A stretch of 64,000 bases of DNA from Octopus vulgaris. Lineage: Eukaryota. Both the position numbers and the translations under genes were made by a program. Location of the stretch: positions 10,044,001 to 10,108,000 of the forward strand of contig OX597834.1 of assembly GCA_951406725.2 (NCBI GenBank), given 5' to 3'. Below are positions 10,818-23,935 of the stretch, piece by piece; position 1 is the stretch's first letter; each line of letters opens with the position of its first letter. A model generated the notes under the pieces. It saw nothing but the letters and a program-made list of their open reading frames with translations. It had not been told where the DNA came from and did not search any database.

Positions 10818-11075
10818 AGAGTAGTAGTAGTAGTAGTAGTAAGAGTAGTAGTAGTAGTAGTAGTAGTAAGAGTAGTAGTAGTAGTAGCAGAAGTAGTAAG
10901 AGTAGTAGTAGTAGCAGCAGTAATAGTAGGTGGTGGTGGTGGTAAGAGGAGGACGAGGAGGTAGCCACAGCAGTAGACGGAATAGTAATAGTAGTTGTAT
11001 TTGTAGTAGTAGTGATGGTGGTAAGTGGAGGAGGTAGCCACAGTAGACGTAGTAGTAGTAGTAGTAGCAGAAGCA
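10397..11075. repeat. (TAG)n microsatellite punctuated by TAAGAG / TAAACG
   Basis: Direct reading; a 36-bp sub-period at ~10430-10545. Confidence 0.95.
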
Positions 11076-11141
11076 GGATGACTTTCCATTGTGCAACAAC
11101 ACTCTCAAAAATAACAGCAACAACAAGAATAATAGTAATAA

Positions 11142-11361
11142 TGGTTTCAAATTTTTCCACTTGGACGGCACTTGTGAGGGAGAGGATGGGTTGATTACAT
11201 CGACCCCAGTGTTCAACTGGTACTTACTTTATCAACGCCGAAAGGATAAAATGCAAACTCGACCTCGGCGGGTTTGGGATTCTGAACGTAAAGACGGACG
11301 AAATGCTGCTAAGCATTTTATCCGGCATACTAACGATTCTGCTAGCTCACCGCCTTATACA

Positions 11362-11397
<36 letters not shown>

Positions 11398-11576
11398 GGG
11401 AATAGGCACATGACATCGACCCCAGTGTTCAACTGGTACTTACTTTATCAACGCCGAAAGGATAAAATGCAAACTCGACCTCGGCGGGTTTGGGATTCTG
11501 AACGTAAAGACGGACGAAATGCTGCTAAGCATTTTATCCGGCATACTCACGATTCTGCCATCTCGCCGCCTTATAC

Positions 11577-11608
<32 letters not shown>

Positions 11609-11980
11609 TAATGGGGAATAGGCACATGACAGCGACCACAGTGTTCAACTGGTGCTAAACCTCATTGAATCCGAAATGATGTAAGGCAGTGTCGATCTCG
11701 ACAGAATTTGAACTCACACCGGAGACAGTAATAGAAATGCCACCATACATTTTGTCCAACGCTCTAAAGATTTTGCCATTTCACCAACCTTAAAGTAATA
11801 ATAATGATAATAATAATAATAAGTGGGGTTTTTCAATTTGGCAAAAGGTCAGAAATTTCGGGGGAGGCGATAAACTGATTACATTGATCCAGGCGGAATT
11901 TGTACTGGGAACGTAAAGACGGACGAGATCTCACAGAGCATTTTGTCCGGCATACTAATGATTCTGCCAACTCCTCGCCA
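11142..11980 (-). mobile_element. Tandem array of four family A SINE units separated by (AAT)n
   Basis: ACA(T/G)CGACC(C/A)CAGTGTTCAACTGG recurs at 11197, 11413 and 11629 (216-bp period); a fourth, diverged unit lies at ~11828-11980. Confidence 0.9.
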
Positions 11981-12990
11981 TACTAGTAGTAGTACTAGTG
12001 GTAGTAGTAGTAGTAGTAATAGGTGGCGTGGTAGTGGTAAGAGGAGGAGGAGGTAGCCACATCAGCAGCAGACATAGTAGTAGTAGTAATATTTGTAGTA
12101 GTAGTAGTAGTGGTAAGTGGAGGAGGAGGTAGTCACAGCAGTAGTTGTAATAGGTGGTGGTAGTGGTAAGAAGCGGAGGAGGAGGAAGTAGCCACTGCAG
12201 CAGCAGACATAGTAGTAGTAGTAGTAGTAGCAGCATTTGTATAAGTAGTGGAGGTGGTGGTAGTGGTGATAGGAGGAGGAGGTAGCAGCAGCAGTTGTTG
12301 TAGTAGTAGTAGTAGTGGTAAGTGGAGGAGGAGGTAGTCACAGCAGTAGTTGTAATAGGTGGTGGTAGTGGTAAGAAGCGGAGGAGGAGGAAGTAGCCAC
12401 TGCAGCAGCAGACATAGTAGTAGTAGTAGTAGCAGCATTTGTATAAGTAGTGGAGGTGGTGGTAGTGGTGATAGGAGGAGGAGGTAGCAGCAGCAGTTGT
12501 TGTAGTAGTAGTAGTAGTGGTAGTAGTAGTAGTAGTAGTAGCAGCATTTGTATAAGTAGTGGAGGTGGTGGTAGTGGTGATAGGAGGAGGAGGTAGCAGC
12601 AGCAGTTGTTGTAGTAGTAGTAGTAGTGGTAGTAGTAGTAGTAGTAGTAGCAGCATTTGTATAAGTAGTGGAGGTGGTGGTAGTGGTGATAGGAGGAGGA
12701 GGTAGCAGCAGCAGTTGTTGTAGTAGTAGTAGTAGTGGTAGTAGTAGTAGTAGTAGTAGCAGCATTTGTATAAGTAGTGGAGGTGGTGGTAGTGGTGATA
12801 GGAGGAGGAGGTAGCAGCAGCAGTTGTTGTAGTAGTAGTAGTAGTGGTAGTAGTAGTAGTAGTAGTAGAAGCATTTGTATAAGTAGTGGAGGTGGTGGTA
12901 GTGGTGATAGGAGGAGGAGGTAGCAGCAGCAGTTGTAGTAGTAGTAGTAGTGGTAGTAGTAGTAGTAGTAGTAGTAGTAGAAGCAGCAGT
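11981..12990. repeat. Higher-order minisatellite built from TAG/TGG/GAG/CAG triplets (109-bp unit, about 5 copies)
   Basis: Marker GCATTTGTATAAG at 12233, 12435, 12544, 12653, 12762 and 12871. Confidence 0.92.
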
Positions 12991-13521
12991 AATCTTAATA
13001 TACCCTAGATGCACACAGCTGCACCTGGAGTGCAGTGAGCTCACATAACGAAACTATACTAAAACGAATAAAACAACAACGAAATACATATATATATAAG
13101 TCATCAACTATTTAAAATTTATCTTTAACACCTCTAAACCACTCCAATATGTCGCACATACGATAGATTAATACGAAATCCCTTTCAGGGAATTATCCGC
13201 TCAAGTATTTGTCCGTGCGTTTCTCCCTGTATTATAAATCATTACATGTCTTCATTCCTTTTTCCTTTTCTTTTTTTTTCCCGCCTTCAATAGTCTCTTG
13301 AAGGAGATGTTGAAGTTTACAAGTGTTCAGAAAATTATTATTTATAGATTGTGGGAGAATCACTCTCCTACGACTATCTACATTATTTTAAAATGTTTAA
13401 AGCTCAACACTTGAAACAAGTAAATTCCAGTAAATGTTTCTGAAATTTTCTCTGGAGAGTAAATCGATCAACACACGCACACATACACAGCCACCACTCG
13501 CACGTCCAATTACACGATTTA

Positions 13522-13552
<31 letters not shown>

Positions 13553-14109
13553 GTTGGTGTGTGTGCATTTGTGTTTGTCATTTAAGGCGTGTGTCTGTGT
13601 CGTAAAACATCCTTATGTTTAAACTCTGTATGTATATGCGGCTATTTTGTGTTAGTGGTTGTGTGTATGGGCGAAGGTGATTCTGTGCGTTTATCGATAT
13701 ATTTTCCAGTAAAATTTCAGAAACATTTGAAAAAATTTTGGTGATTCAAGTATCCAAACGGAAAACATTAGAAAACATGTTCCAAATCTATACAGAATAT
13801 TATTTATATATATGTTTATATAATCCACATAGTTACAGGTGATTATGCACATAAGCAAAATTATAGGACGTATGAGTATACGCATATGAATACGTAAGTG
13901 TATATACATAATTGTGTGTATATATTTGTTTCTGTTTGTCTACGTGTGCGCTTGTATGACTTTATATAACATATACATTTATATTATGCAGACATCTTTA
14001 TGTCAATATATCTTTATGAATACACACATAAACACACACGCGTACATAAAAGCCTATAAACGTATGTTTCCATATGTGTCTATCTATTTATCCATATATT
14101 TATCTGTGC

Positions 14110-14110
14110 A

Positions 14111-14156
<46 letters not shown>

Positions 14157-14468
14157 AGCATATATGTATGTGTGCATATATATATATATATGTGTGTGTG
14201 TGTATATATATATATATGTGCATATATATGTATGTGTGTATATATATATGTATGTGTGTATATATATATGTGAGCATATATGTATGTGTGCATATATATA
14301 TATATATATGTGTGTGTGTGTATATATATATATATGTGCATATATATGTATGTGTGTATATATATGTATGTGTGTATATATATGTATGTGTGTATATATA
14401 TATATATTTATATATATATATATGTGTGTATATATATATATTTATATATATATATATGTACATATGTG
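14110..14468. repeat. (TA)n/(TG)n/(TATG)n composite microsatellite
   Basis: Direct reading. Confidence 0.95.
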
Positions 14469-15567
14469 GCGTTAACCTACTTTTATATAATGATTACAAT
14501 TTTCTCTTGAACATGTCGATTTTATTTGAAACAAAGACGAAACATAAACTGTACATGATAGAATATCGAAACAATAATACAATGAGATACGAAAAATAGC
14601 ATTGTTAGATTTACACACGTAAGAATGTTAAAGGTGAAAATTATTGCAAATGAGTTGAAAATGTCATTCTTTGTATGAATAGATAAAATATAAAAAAAGG
14701 ATTATTGTACAACACGGAAGCCGGCATACGCGTACATGTAGAGACATAAGCCACTGGAAATTCTGAAATTTCTATGAAATGAAATAAGGCAGAACATGAA
14801 TGAAATTGCAATAAAAACTAAATGGTTGACCACACTCTATGCTATAAATATCATAAAGACTGCTGTACGTGCAACCCCTAGATAACAGCTTTAGAATGTA
14901 TATTCCAGTTATAAAGGTTTTGTGTACGAATTCCCTGCAACGGTCAGAGATTTGTTTTTTATTTCCTGGATTCTTAAGTGAATGCGTTTGACAATAATAT
15001 ATTGTTTTGAAGTGACTGGAAATCGTACCAACGCAAGTTTAAGAGTTATTATGAGTGGTACAATATATCAAAATGCTATATCTTTTGCGAAACAGAAACG
15101 TTTTTCGAGTAAAAGTGCGCTTACACGGAGTAATGTGTATTGTACTTTGTCTTAAGATTATAGGTGTTAAAATATGGTAAATTGCATCTCAGTTTCTAGT
15201 GTGGATTTTAATAGCATTCATTATTGAATGTCGGGTGATATACATTAATTTCAACAGTACGTTTTAAAAGATTTATATAGCATGGATAGTGACTAATATA
15301 TAGAAAAGGATATGTTCCAAGTAATTTTAGGTGCTGGACTGTGAAATAGTACACTCAAAAATATATTCTGAATGTCCATTTCAGTAATAGGATGCATAGA
15401 AGAGAACGTGCTAATAGGCAGAAATTGGCAAGACTTAAGTGAGAACATTGGAATGAGATCATGAATCATATACCTAGGATGGTTGGAATGTCTATGAATG
15501 TAATTAAGAGATTAGTCATATTTGTGGGATAGGTAATATAGACTGACACTGGTTTACTCGACTAACA

Positions 15568-15615
<48 letters not shown>

Positions 15616-16149
15616 TATATACAACGTTGTGTGTTTTATCCTGTGTTGGATGTATAAGCTCACGATTTTGCTGATTTTATTGGAGACATGAGCACTAATT
15701 GTAACATTTAATATATAGGATTACTTATTTATCCATAAATCATACACTTTAATTAATTATTAGTGGTATTGATGGTAAAAGCAGAGTAATTGATTGCCTC
15801 AGTGTAGGATGAATGTTGCAAGTAGACGTAAACCTTAATAGAGAAAAATGATTCTCTTGTGTCTAGTAAGCACTCAATAAATATTTTCAGTCTCTGAATT
15901 CAATAAATTCTACTTCATTTTGGCTACTTCTGATTTCACCAAAACAGTTTTAATGTGTTTTATTTATACGTGTGTAAGTATATATATATATATATATATA
16001 CATAAGTACACTTCAATGCAAATTTTTATACACACACAGGCTATTGTGCAGTATTTTTATATGCATATTTATATGTGTGTGTGTATATATAAGTATATTT
16101 CAATAAGAATCTATATACACACAGAGGCTACTTTGCAGTACTTTATGTG

Positions 16150-16402
16150 TGTATATATATTTATATAAATATATATATATATACACATAAATATATACAT
16201 ATATATATACATGTATATATTCATATATATATATACACATATATATATATATACATATATATATACACGTAAACACATATATATATATACACATATATAT
16301 ATACACATATATATATATACATGTATATATTCATATATATATATATACACACATATATATATACATATATATACATATATATATAAATATATACACACAC
16401 AC

Positions 16403-16435
<33 letters not shown>

Positions 16436-16645
16436 CATATATATATACATATATATACACATATATATACATACACATTTACATGCATATACATATACAT
16501 ACATATATATATACATATACATATATACATATATGCATATACATATATATATATATACACACATATATATATATATATACACATATATATATATACATAT
16601 ATATACATAAAAATATATATATATATATATATATATACATACATG
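16150..16645. repeat. (TA)n/(CA)n/(CATA)n composite microsatellite
   Basis: Direct reading. Confidence 0.95.
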
Positions 16646-17341
16646 CCCACACACAAATATGCATACGCTCTGGTGTGCTTATCTATGCATGATTTGTACG
16701 TATAAATGTACACCACCTATTATGCAGATGGTGCGTAAGAATTAATGCGTTATCGCTGGCATATAGCATAGCTGAAGGCAAGGTTCTCATTGTGAAGTGG
16801 TATTTTTAAGTATATGCGTCCTAAAAAAAAAAAAAAAGAATTTGAAGTAATAAACAATAGCAGCTATAAGTCTCACTACAATACATTCGTTTTCTCTGTC
16901 TATTTGCTTAAGTTGTAAGAAGTAGTAGTACAATTACTACATGAGAACCAGTCCGCCCATTTTTATCTGTTTTCGATAAAATTACGTCAGGTTGATCATG
17001 AATATTTTAGAGACGATAAAAGCTGCAAGCAATATCGACCAATCATTGTGAAGTAGGCTGACATTATTATATGTCCGAGAATTATGAACTTCACCTCCAA
17101 GAATATATATCATGTCGCCCTTCATTCAGATTTCGTTTTATCAATATTATCTAGATTACATGAGAGGATATTAGAGGAAGCCGTAATGCCATAGGGAGAC
17201 GGCGATCCGGTTTCGATCAACATGTGACAAAAATTTCACCTTAATTTCATCGGGAAACTTATGAATTTGAAAGAGTATGACCTAGGGTCACCTCCATTTA
17301 TGTCTACTTGTCTCATTCGTTTCAACTATATTTCCTTCACC

Positions 17342-17625
17342 ATCTCTTTCCTTCTCATTCTCTCTCTCTTTCCTTCTTTTTCTCTCTCTTTCCTTCTTTC
17401 TCTCTCTCTCTCTTTCTTTCTCTCTCTTTCTTTCTCTCTCTTTCTTTCTCTATCTCTCTTTCTTTACCTCTCTTTCTTTCTCTCTCTCTCTTTCTTTCTC
17501 TCTCTCTCTCTCTTTCTTTACCTCTCTTTCTTTCTTTCTTTCTCTCTCTCCCTCTCTCTCTTGCTCTCTCCCTCCCCCTCTCTCTTTCTCCCGCCCCCTC
17601 TCTCTCTGTCTTTCTCTCTCTCTTC
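17342..17625. repeat. Polypyrimidine (CT)n/(CTTT)n tract
   Basis: Direct reading. Confidence 0.95.
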
Positions 17626-18253
17626 AACATCTTCACTTATTTCTTGCCACTATAGAATCTCAACACTATATCATTCTTCTGTAATTGCATCTCTGCCCCT
17701 TTCTCACATACGGCTGTCAACTAGTAATTTCTTAAGAACACATATCTTTTTCTCTGACCAGACACATATGTCGACCACTTGTACTTCCAATTCTCACTTT
17801 CCTTCTTAAAAAATAAACAACATATCATTATACAATATAAATAATATATAATCAAAAATTCCTCTCTATAAATCGTTTTATTTGTGTACGCGTGGCGGGT
17901 TGTTCCACTGCAAACATTTTTGATGTCAACGTGTCTGATACTCATCGTAACGTACTGCTTGACTTTGGTTAATATAATCAATAGGTTAAAAAGTTAAAGA
18001 ATAAATGAGATATCCTCTGACATTCATCGTGCTGCTTTATTCTCGTTTGAAAAACCTGAAACTATTGTGAATTTTGAAACAATGATTATAATTTTTCTTC
18101 ATTTTTTTCTTTATTTCTATTTTTTAATTTCTTTTACATTTCATTCATACAGACGAACGATTATAACGTTTCCTTTGCAATTATACCGTCTACACTTATC
18201 CGACTACACGAAATCAAAGCAAGTTGCTTCTATTATAACCAACACTCGACAAA

Positions 18254-18460
18254 GTGAAGGTTCGTGGCTTAGTGGTTAGGATATTGGACTTATGACCGTA
18301 AGATTGCAGTTTCGATTCCTGGATAGGGGTGACGCGCTGTTTTCTTCATTTCACGTTGCTCCAGTCCACTTAACTGGCAAAAATAAATTATCCTGCTTTG
18401 TACCGGCGGGACGTCCAGTAGGAGAATTTATACGCCATGGAAACTGGGAACCTGGATTCT
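18254..18460 (+). mobile_element. tRNA-derived SINE (family E)
   Basis: A-box TGGCTTAGTGG, B-box AGTTTCGATTCC, body TTCATTTCACGTTGCTCCAGTCCACT; tail resembles that of 36644-36869. Confidence 0.8.
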
Positions 18461-18872
18461 TCGTCTCATCAGGCGCTCTTCAACTTAAAATATTTAATCA
18501 CTTGCCCACACAGTAAATAACTGTTGTTGACAGTAGAACTGATTCAAATATCAACCGATTAGATATTAATGATTAGAAAACCATAATTAATCGATGGTAT
18601 AATTTTATCTAAAATATGAGCATGATGGACGTTTAATATACATAGCATGATTAATATATGAAATATTTCCGGAAAGATGCCTCAAAGTAAACAGAAAGGT
18701 TGCGATAATTACTTGCGCACAAATCTCGGAATGTATGTAGATACATAGATACGTTGTATGTGCATTCAATATATGTATATGTGTGTGTATGCTTATACGC
18801 ATATATATTTGCACACAGACTTATATAATGATAAATACATATATGCAACTATATATATATATATATATATAT

Positions 18873-19093
18873 GGGGAGAATTCGCAAAATAGACGTAGAA
18901 AGATGGTTTAGATAAAAATCAGATGTATTAGTACAACAAGCGGGAAGTAAAATTGTCTTTAACGTTTCGAGCCTACGCTCTTCCACAGAAAGAAACAAGG
19001 AGAGAAAATAAATATAGAGAGAATGTGCAGTGGCTAGCGATCCATCATGGCGAATTCTGGACAGAAGGTTCACACAGGAGAGCTAGTGAGAAG

Positions 19094-19096
<3 letters not shown>
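18873..19096 (-). mobile_element. PLE-like fragment (family G) embedded in (TA)n, with hammerhead-like motif at 18957-18992
   Basis: Homologous to 48400-48595; minus strand CTTT-CTGTGGA-A-GAGC-GTAG-GCTC-GAA-ACGT-T-AAAG. Confidence 0.7.
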
Positions 19097-19152
<56 letters not shown>

Positions 19153-19499
19153 ATATGTGTGTGTGTATGTGTGTGAGTATGTGTGCGTGTAAATGTGTGT
19201 ATAAAAACGGTACAATGAACTTCACTGCATTCACACCAGTTTATTTTAGATGTAAATTTGTTCCTAATAATGAATATTATGTCCCTTATCATTTAAAGCG
19301 ATGCTGTTAATGGACATATACATAACGGAGTCTCTGTCGTTATACGATGTTTTAGGACTCCACAATTTCTGACTGAACAACCACACGCATCATTTGATTT
19401 TTTTATTCATATAAGCTCACTTCCTCCATCAAATTGATGTTCACTCCCTCCAAATTGATATTGCATTTGCTGGTGATTAAATGTGCCGCAAGTCAGCTA

Positions 19500-19630
19500 T
19501 CGAAATAATTGCAGAACAGCGTGAAATGAATCGTGTTGCTCAGGATCACAACACTACAGTTGGCCTGGAATTCGAAAATACGATTTCGCGATCATAGGTG
19601 CATCATCCTAACCACTAGGTCATGTAGTTT
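19500..19630 (-). mobile_element. SINE family E head, diverged
   Basis: Minus strand ATGACCTAGTGGTTAGGATGATGCACCTATGATCGCG...TTCATTTCACGCTG. Confidence 0.65.
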
Positions 19631-19635
19631 GCATG

Positions 19636-19680
<45 letters not shown>

Positions 19681-19683
<3 letters not shown>

Positions 19684-19812
19684 GCGGTGAGCTGGCAGAA
19701 ACGTTCTGAGTTCAAATTCCGCCGAGGTCAACTTTGCCTTTCATCCTTTCGGGGTTGATCTAATCGACTGGTCCCCTCCTACAAACTTTCGGGCATTTTG
19801 CTTAGAGTAGAA
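19681..19812 (+). mobile_element. SINE family A, internally deleted
   Basis: AAGGCGGTGAGCTGGCAGAAACGTTCTGAGTTCAAATTCCGCCGAGG. Confidence 0.88.
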
Positions 19813-20571
19813 AATATATATACATACATGCATGCATATATATATATATATATATATATTGTTTAAATGTACGTGCATGTGTGTTAGTGTGCGCCTGCAT
19901 ACATACATGCATAATACGTACGTACATACGTGTTCAAATTCGTACATGCATGCATATATACATACATACATAATTGATGTTAGGGCGAATTTTTTGCGTG
20001 AGAATATCATTTAATTGTTTAAATAATGGGAAAGAAAAATGGCTGCTAAACTCATTAACGACTTCCTGTGACGTTTATTGTAACCTAGATATGAGAATTA
20101 ATGCACTGAGAGCGGGAGTAGTTGATGGAGAGGCAGAGAACGAAGCAGAGCAACAATTATGTATGAAAGGAAGTCAGCTCAAGATTTTGAAAGAGAAAAA
20201 CATAAGAAAATATACGTGTACAGTCAAGGACAGACAATTTGGTAGAGAGGGGAGAGAATGCGTTGTATTTTGTGCAATTGTGCGTATATGTCTGTGAGCG
20301 TATGTACATGTGTCGGTGTCTGTCATTTCGAGAAGAAATGAAATGAAGAGATCAAGATACTAAATATATGAGACTTTGATAATTGGAAAATTTCTAATCG
20401 AACAGAAATCACGAATGTTGCAGAAGAGATTGAAGTTGAGTGATGCAGAAATAGAGAGTAGACGACGACTGCGATGAAGATACGTAGGAAAGCGTGTCGG
20501 TAGTGTAATGTACCAGTCATATGTTGGGGTTGATTTCTAACCTCATAAATTATTGTAGATATCACTATGTA

Positions 20572-20858
20572 CTTCTATCGACCAGACTATCAGATGCTGT
20601 TATACACCTCTGGTAACAATGCGTTTCCTTAGATTGTTTTAGTTTTCGAATAATGCTACCCCTCTGGTTAGGTGGATAAGCCAACATTTCACTTGAACCG
20701 AACGTCACTCCGTCGCACGGTTAGCAATTTACGGCTGAATGGACTGCGGCAACGTGAAACGAATTGTATTGCTCACGAACACTGCCCATCACAGGTTCGA
20801 AAATGGAACCACGATCCTGCCATCGTGAGAGCAACACCCTAACCACCCAGCCGTGCAT
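20572..20858 (-). mobile_element. SINE family E-related, diverged, different tail
   Basis: Minus strand GCACGGCTGGGTGGTTAGGGTGTTGCTCTCACGAT...TTTCACGTTGCCGCAGTCCATTCAGC. Confidence 0.7.
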
Positions 20859-20937
20859 TGTAGAAATTAATGGGATAAAACAGAATCCAGAAGAATCCGT
20901 TTCGCAAGATTGTTGATGTGAAATCATGAATACAAAT

Positions 20938-21003
20938 GCATTTGGTGAAGATGCGGGTGGCATTTGGTGAAGATGCGGGTGGCATTTGGTGAGGATGCGG
21001 GTG
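20938..21003. repeat. 22-bp minisatellite x3
   Basis: GCATTTGGTGAAGATGCGGGTG three times, contiguous, one substitution. Confidence 0.95.
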
Positions 21004-21228
21004 GGGACATGTCGATAATTATATTGCATGCACTAATTTCATTTCATTTAAAATTTAATATTAACTAATTACATAATTAATAAATAAGCAATGATGAGAT
21101 AAATTTATTTATTTATTGAATAATTATCTAATAAATTGGTAATAATAAAAGTGTGTAGAAATATAAGGAGAGTAAGTGCCTGAAGGGGCAGCTGGAATCT
21201 ATGGATATAAAGCGTGAGAATGCGACGA

Positions 21229-21550
21229 TGGGGGGGGGGGCGGAATGAAGTGGAATGATTAGAAGAAGGATAATGTGTAGAAGGCGGAGACAGAGGAGCA
21301 GGAGGAGGAGGAGAAGATGAAGGAAATGAAGAAGAAGAAAAAAGAAAACGAAGAAGAATAAGAAAACGAAGAAGGAGACGAAGAAGAAAAAGAAAAAGAA
21401 AAAGAAAAAAAGAATACGAAGAAGAAAACGAAGAAGACGGGGCAGAAGAAAACGAAGAAGAAAAGGAAAAAGGAAACCGAAGAAGAAGAAAAAAAGAAAA
21501 CGAAGAAGATCAAGAACGAGAACAACAACAACAAAAGAAGAAGAAGAATG
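21229..21550. repeat. G run followed by a purine-rich (GAA)n-type tract
   Basis: Direct reading. Confidence 0.9.
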
Positions 21551-21825
21551 ATCATGAATGAGAAACGCTAAGAGAAATGAAAAGAGACAACGTGACAGTG
21601 TGTGGCTGAAATATTTAAGCTTAATAGAGAAAACAAAAGGAATAAGAAAAAAAAGACTACTTAATAAATTAATAACGAGGCATAGAGTGGACACCTTGCT
21701 GCTGTTGTTGTTTTTGTTGTTGACGTTGCTGTTGTTATTTCACTCGGGATCTGTTCCAGTGAAATACATCTATACTCAAAGATGTTTCTGATCTTCTAAA
21801 TCTTATGCCCATTGAAATGTATTCT

Positions 21826-21985
21826 TCTCTAATCTAGGCAAAAGGCCCGAAGTTTTGCGGGAGGGAGCCAGTCGATTAGATCGACCCCAGAACGCAATTG
21901 ATACTTAATTTCTGAACCTCAAAAGGATGAAAAGCAAAGTAGACCTCGGCGGAATTTGAACTCAGAACGCAAAGGCAAACGAATT
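21826..21985 (-). mobile_element. SINE family A, 5'-truncated
   Basis: GTCGATTAGATCGACCCCAG...GACCTCGGCGGAATTTGAACTCAGAACG. Confidence 0.85.
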
Positions 21986-22703
21986 AGCTCGTTGGAACAT
22001 ATTATCGAACGTCTTTCCTCTTTTTTAGATAATATACTGTAATATGATAGACATTTGGCGGAAGTTTCTCAGGTCGAACTCTCGGAAATATTCCACAGAA
22101 TGTTTATTTGAGAGAATGCTGCAAAATTTTAAGAGAATGGGTGTTGTTACTTTGGACTCAGGTTATCCATTATGGGAAAGACCTATAATTAGACCCAATT
22201 AAGACTAACCGCTTTTTTTCACCTGCATTTAATTATATTGAGTAATACGTTCCTACATTGTTTTCTGACGTAGAATGGTGCGAATCATCAAGAAATTTAA
22301 CTGTAATCTCAAGAAAATTATATCACTACTTAAAATCACATTTGTGGATGATTGGAAAAGAGCAGTAAATACAAAAACGGAAGGTATTCCGTACTAAACT
22401 TGTCATTAGCTAACCAATTATGCTGACCAAAGTATTTTCTTATCCTATTAGCTGTGGGAGTATTGTGCGGTCCAAATTAATGTGGCTGCTATTTCTTTCA
22501 GAGTACGACTACATAAAGAGTTGTTTGCGGATGATAATGAGAGAAAAGTAAAGATTATGTGTGAAAGATTATGTTCTCTAATTTTTTCTTATTCTTGGTG
22601 TTGTTTTACCCATATTGGCTTCCACTGAACATAAATATAATGGCAGGAATTTCAGGCATGTCCAAGTCCAAAATTTTGAGGCATAATGCTCCTTGGAAAA
22701 TAT

Positions 22704-22878
22704 CGGTTGCAAATTTTGGCACAAATGCAGCAATGTCAGAGCAGGGGTCTAGGTTGTTAATCTCTCGATACCGAAATGGTGAAAGACAAAGTTGAACTTT
22801 TGATTCAGAACGTATTGACGGACTGAATACCGCTAAGCATTATTACCACCGTACTAAAGATTCTGCCGGATCACGTCT
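22704..22878 (-). mobile_element. SINE family A, old and degenerate
   Basis: GGTTGCAAATTTTGGCACAA tail and CAGAACGTA...GAATACCGCTAAGCAT...GATTCTGCC head. Confidence 0.7.
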
Positions 22879-23020
22879 TTATCTTGGGGAATATTATTCA
22901 GGCATTTTGTCTTATTAAGGAAAAAAAAAACGAAGAAAAAAAAACAATTCGAGGGTAACATGTAAATACCAAAACCGAAATAGAAATAACGAAACGATGA
23001 AATGCATTTAGTTTCTTTAC

Positions 23021-23057
<37 letters not shown>

Positions 23058-23233
23058 GGGATGGGTGTTCATTTTTATACGCGGTCCAACATCAAGCAAA
23101 TTAAGTCAGGAGGCGTTGGTCGAGTCTAGCCTAAGATAGAAGTATATTATTCGCGTTACCGTGCAGTGCGTTTGAAAATAAAGCCACGTAGTGACAAAGC
23201 GAGTTTCCTTACCACACAGCCACACCGCCACCT

Positions 23234-23340
23234 AAATGGCAGTGAACTGGCTGAGTCGTTTGCACGACAGATAAAATGCTTAGCGTTATATCATCAGTCT
23301 TTACGATCTGAGCTCAAATTCCGCCGAGGTCGACATTGCA
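23234..23340 (+). mobile_element. SINE family A head
   Basis: GGCAGTGAACTGGCTGAGTCG...CTCAAATTCCGCCGAGGTCGAC. Confidence 0.8.
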
Positions 23341-23347
23341 TCCACCT

Positions 23348-23387
<40 letters not shown>

Positions 23388-23389
23388 GG

Positions 23390-23529
23390 TGTTGTATCTG
23401 GAGAGAGTCATTTTCTTTTTGAGCTTTATAAGGCACAAAAAGAAAATTACTCTCCCCTGACACAATAGAATATGCTTCAACACACGAACTCATATAAAGA
23501 ATCTTGCAAACCAAATCCCAAAGCGAAAT
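23390..23529. mobile_element. Fold-back element family C, short copy
   Basis: Palindrome centred on TTATAA (23426-23431); tail ...CCAAATCCCAAAGCGAAAT; flanked by (TA)n. Confidence 0.85.
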
Positions 23530-23585
23530 ATATATGCGTGTGTGTGTGTGCGTGAGTATGTGTGTGTGTCTGTGTGTTTGTATGC

Positions 23586-23631
<46 letters not shown>

Positions 23632-23744
23632 AAGTAAGCAACAGGATATCAAGTAGCAATGCAGTACGACCGTTTCAAGCGGCTCCATTTAATTGAAAAA
23701 TTCATATGTATTTATATATACATATGAATAAATATATATATATA

Positions 23745-23894
23745 TTCTTTCTTTTATTCTTTTACTTGTTTCAGTCATTTTGACTGCGGCCATGCTGGAG
23801 CACCGCCTTTAGTCGAGCAAATCGACCCCGGGACTTATTCTTTGGAAGCCCAGTACTTATTCTATCGGTCTCTTTTGCCGAACCGCTAAGTGAC

Positions 23895-23896
<2 letters not shown>
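23745..23896 (-). mobile_element. SINE family B 3' portion
   Basis: TTGTTTCAGTCATTTTGACTGCGGCCATGCTGGAGCACCGCC...GCCGAACCGCTAAGTGACGG. Confidence 0.9.

Positions 23897-23935
<39 letters not shown>

Noticed and set aside
11089-11658. 189-aa ORF with an internally repeated domain
   Set aside because: Antisense reading of the 216-bp SINE tandem duplication.
10289-13044. Thr-rich mucin-like and poly-Y/L/V ORFs
   Set aside because: (TAG)n satellite; the 109- and 202-bp units break the frame and no splice or signal context is visible.
15280-15530. Possible old RTE-like LINE 3' relic
   Set aside because: Too degenerate to recover a convincing reading frame by eye.
20938-21003. CRISPR-like short direct repeats
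   Set aside because: Contiguous 22-bp units with no spacers, in eukaryotic DNA with no cas genes.
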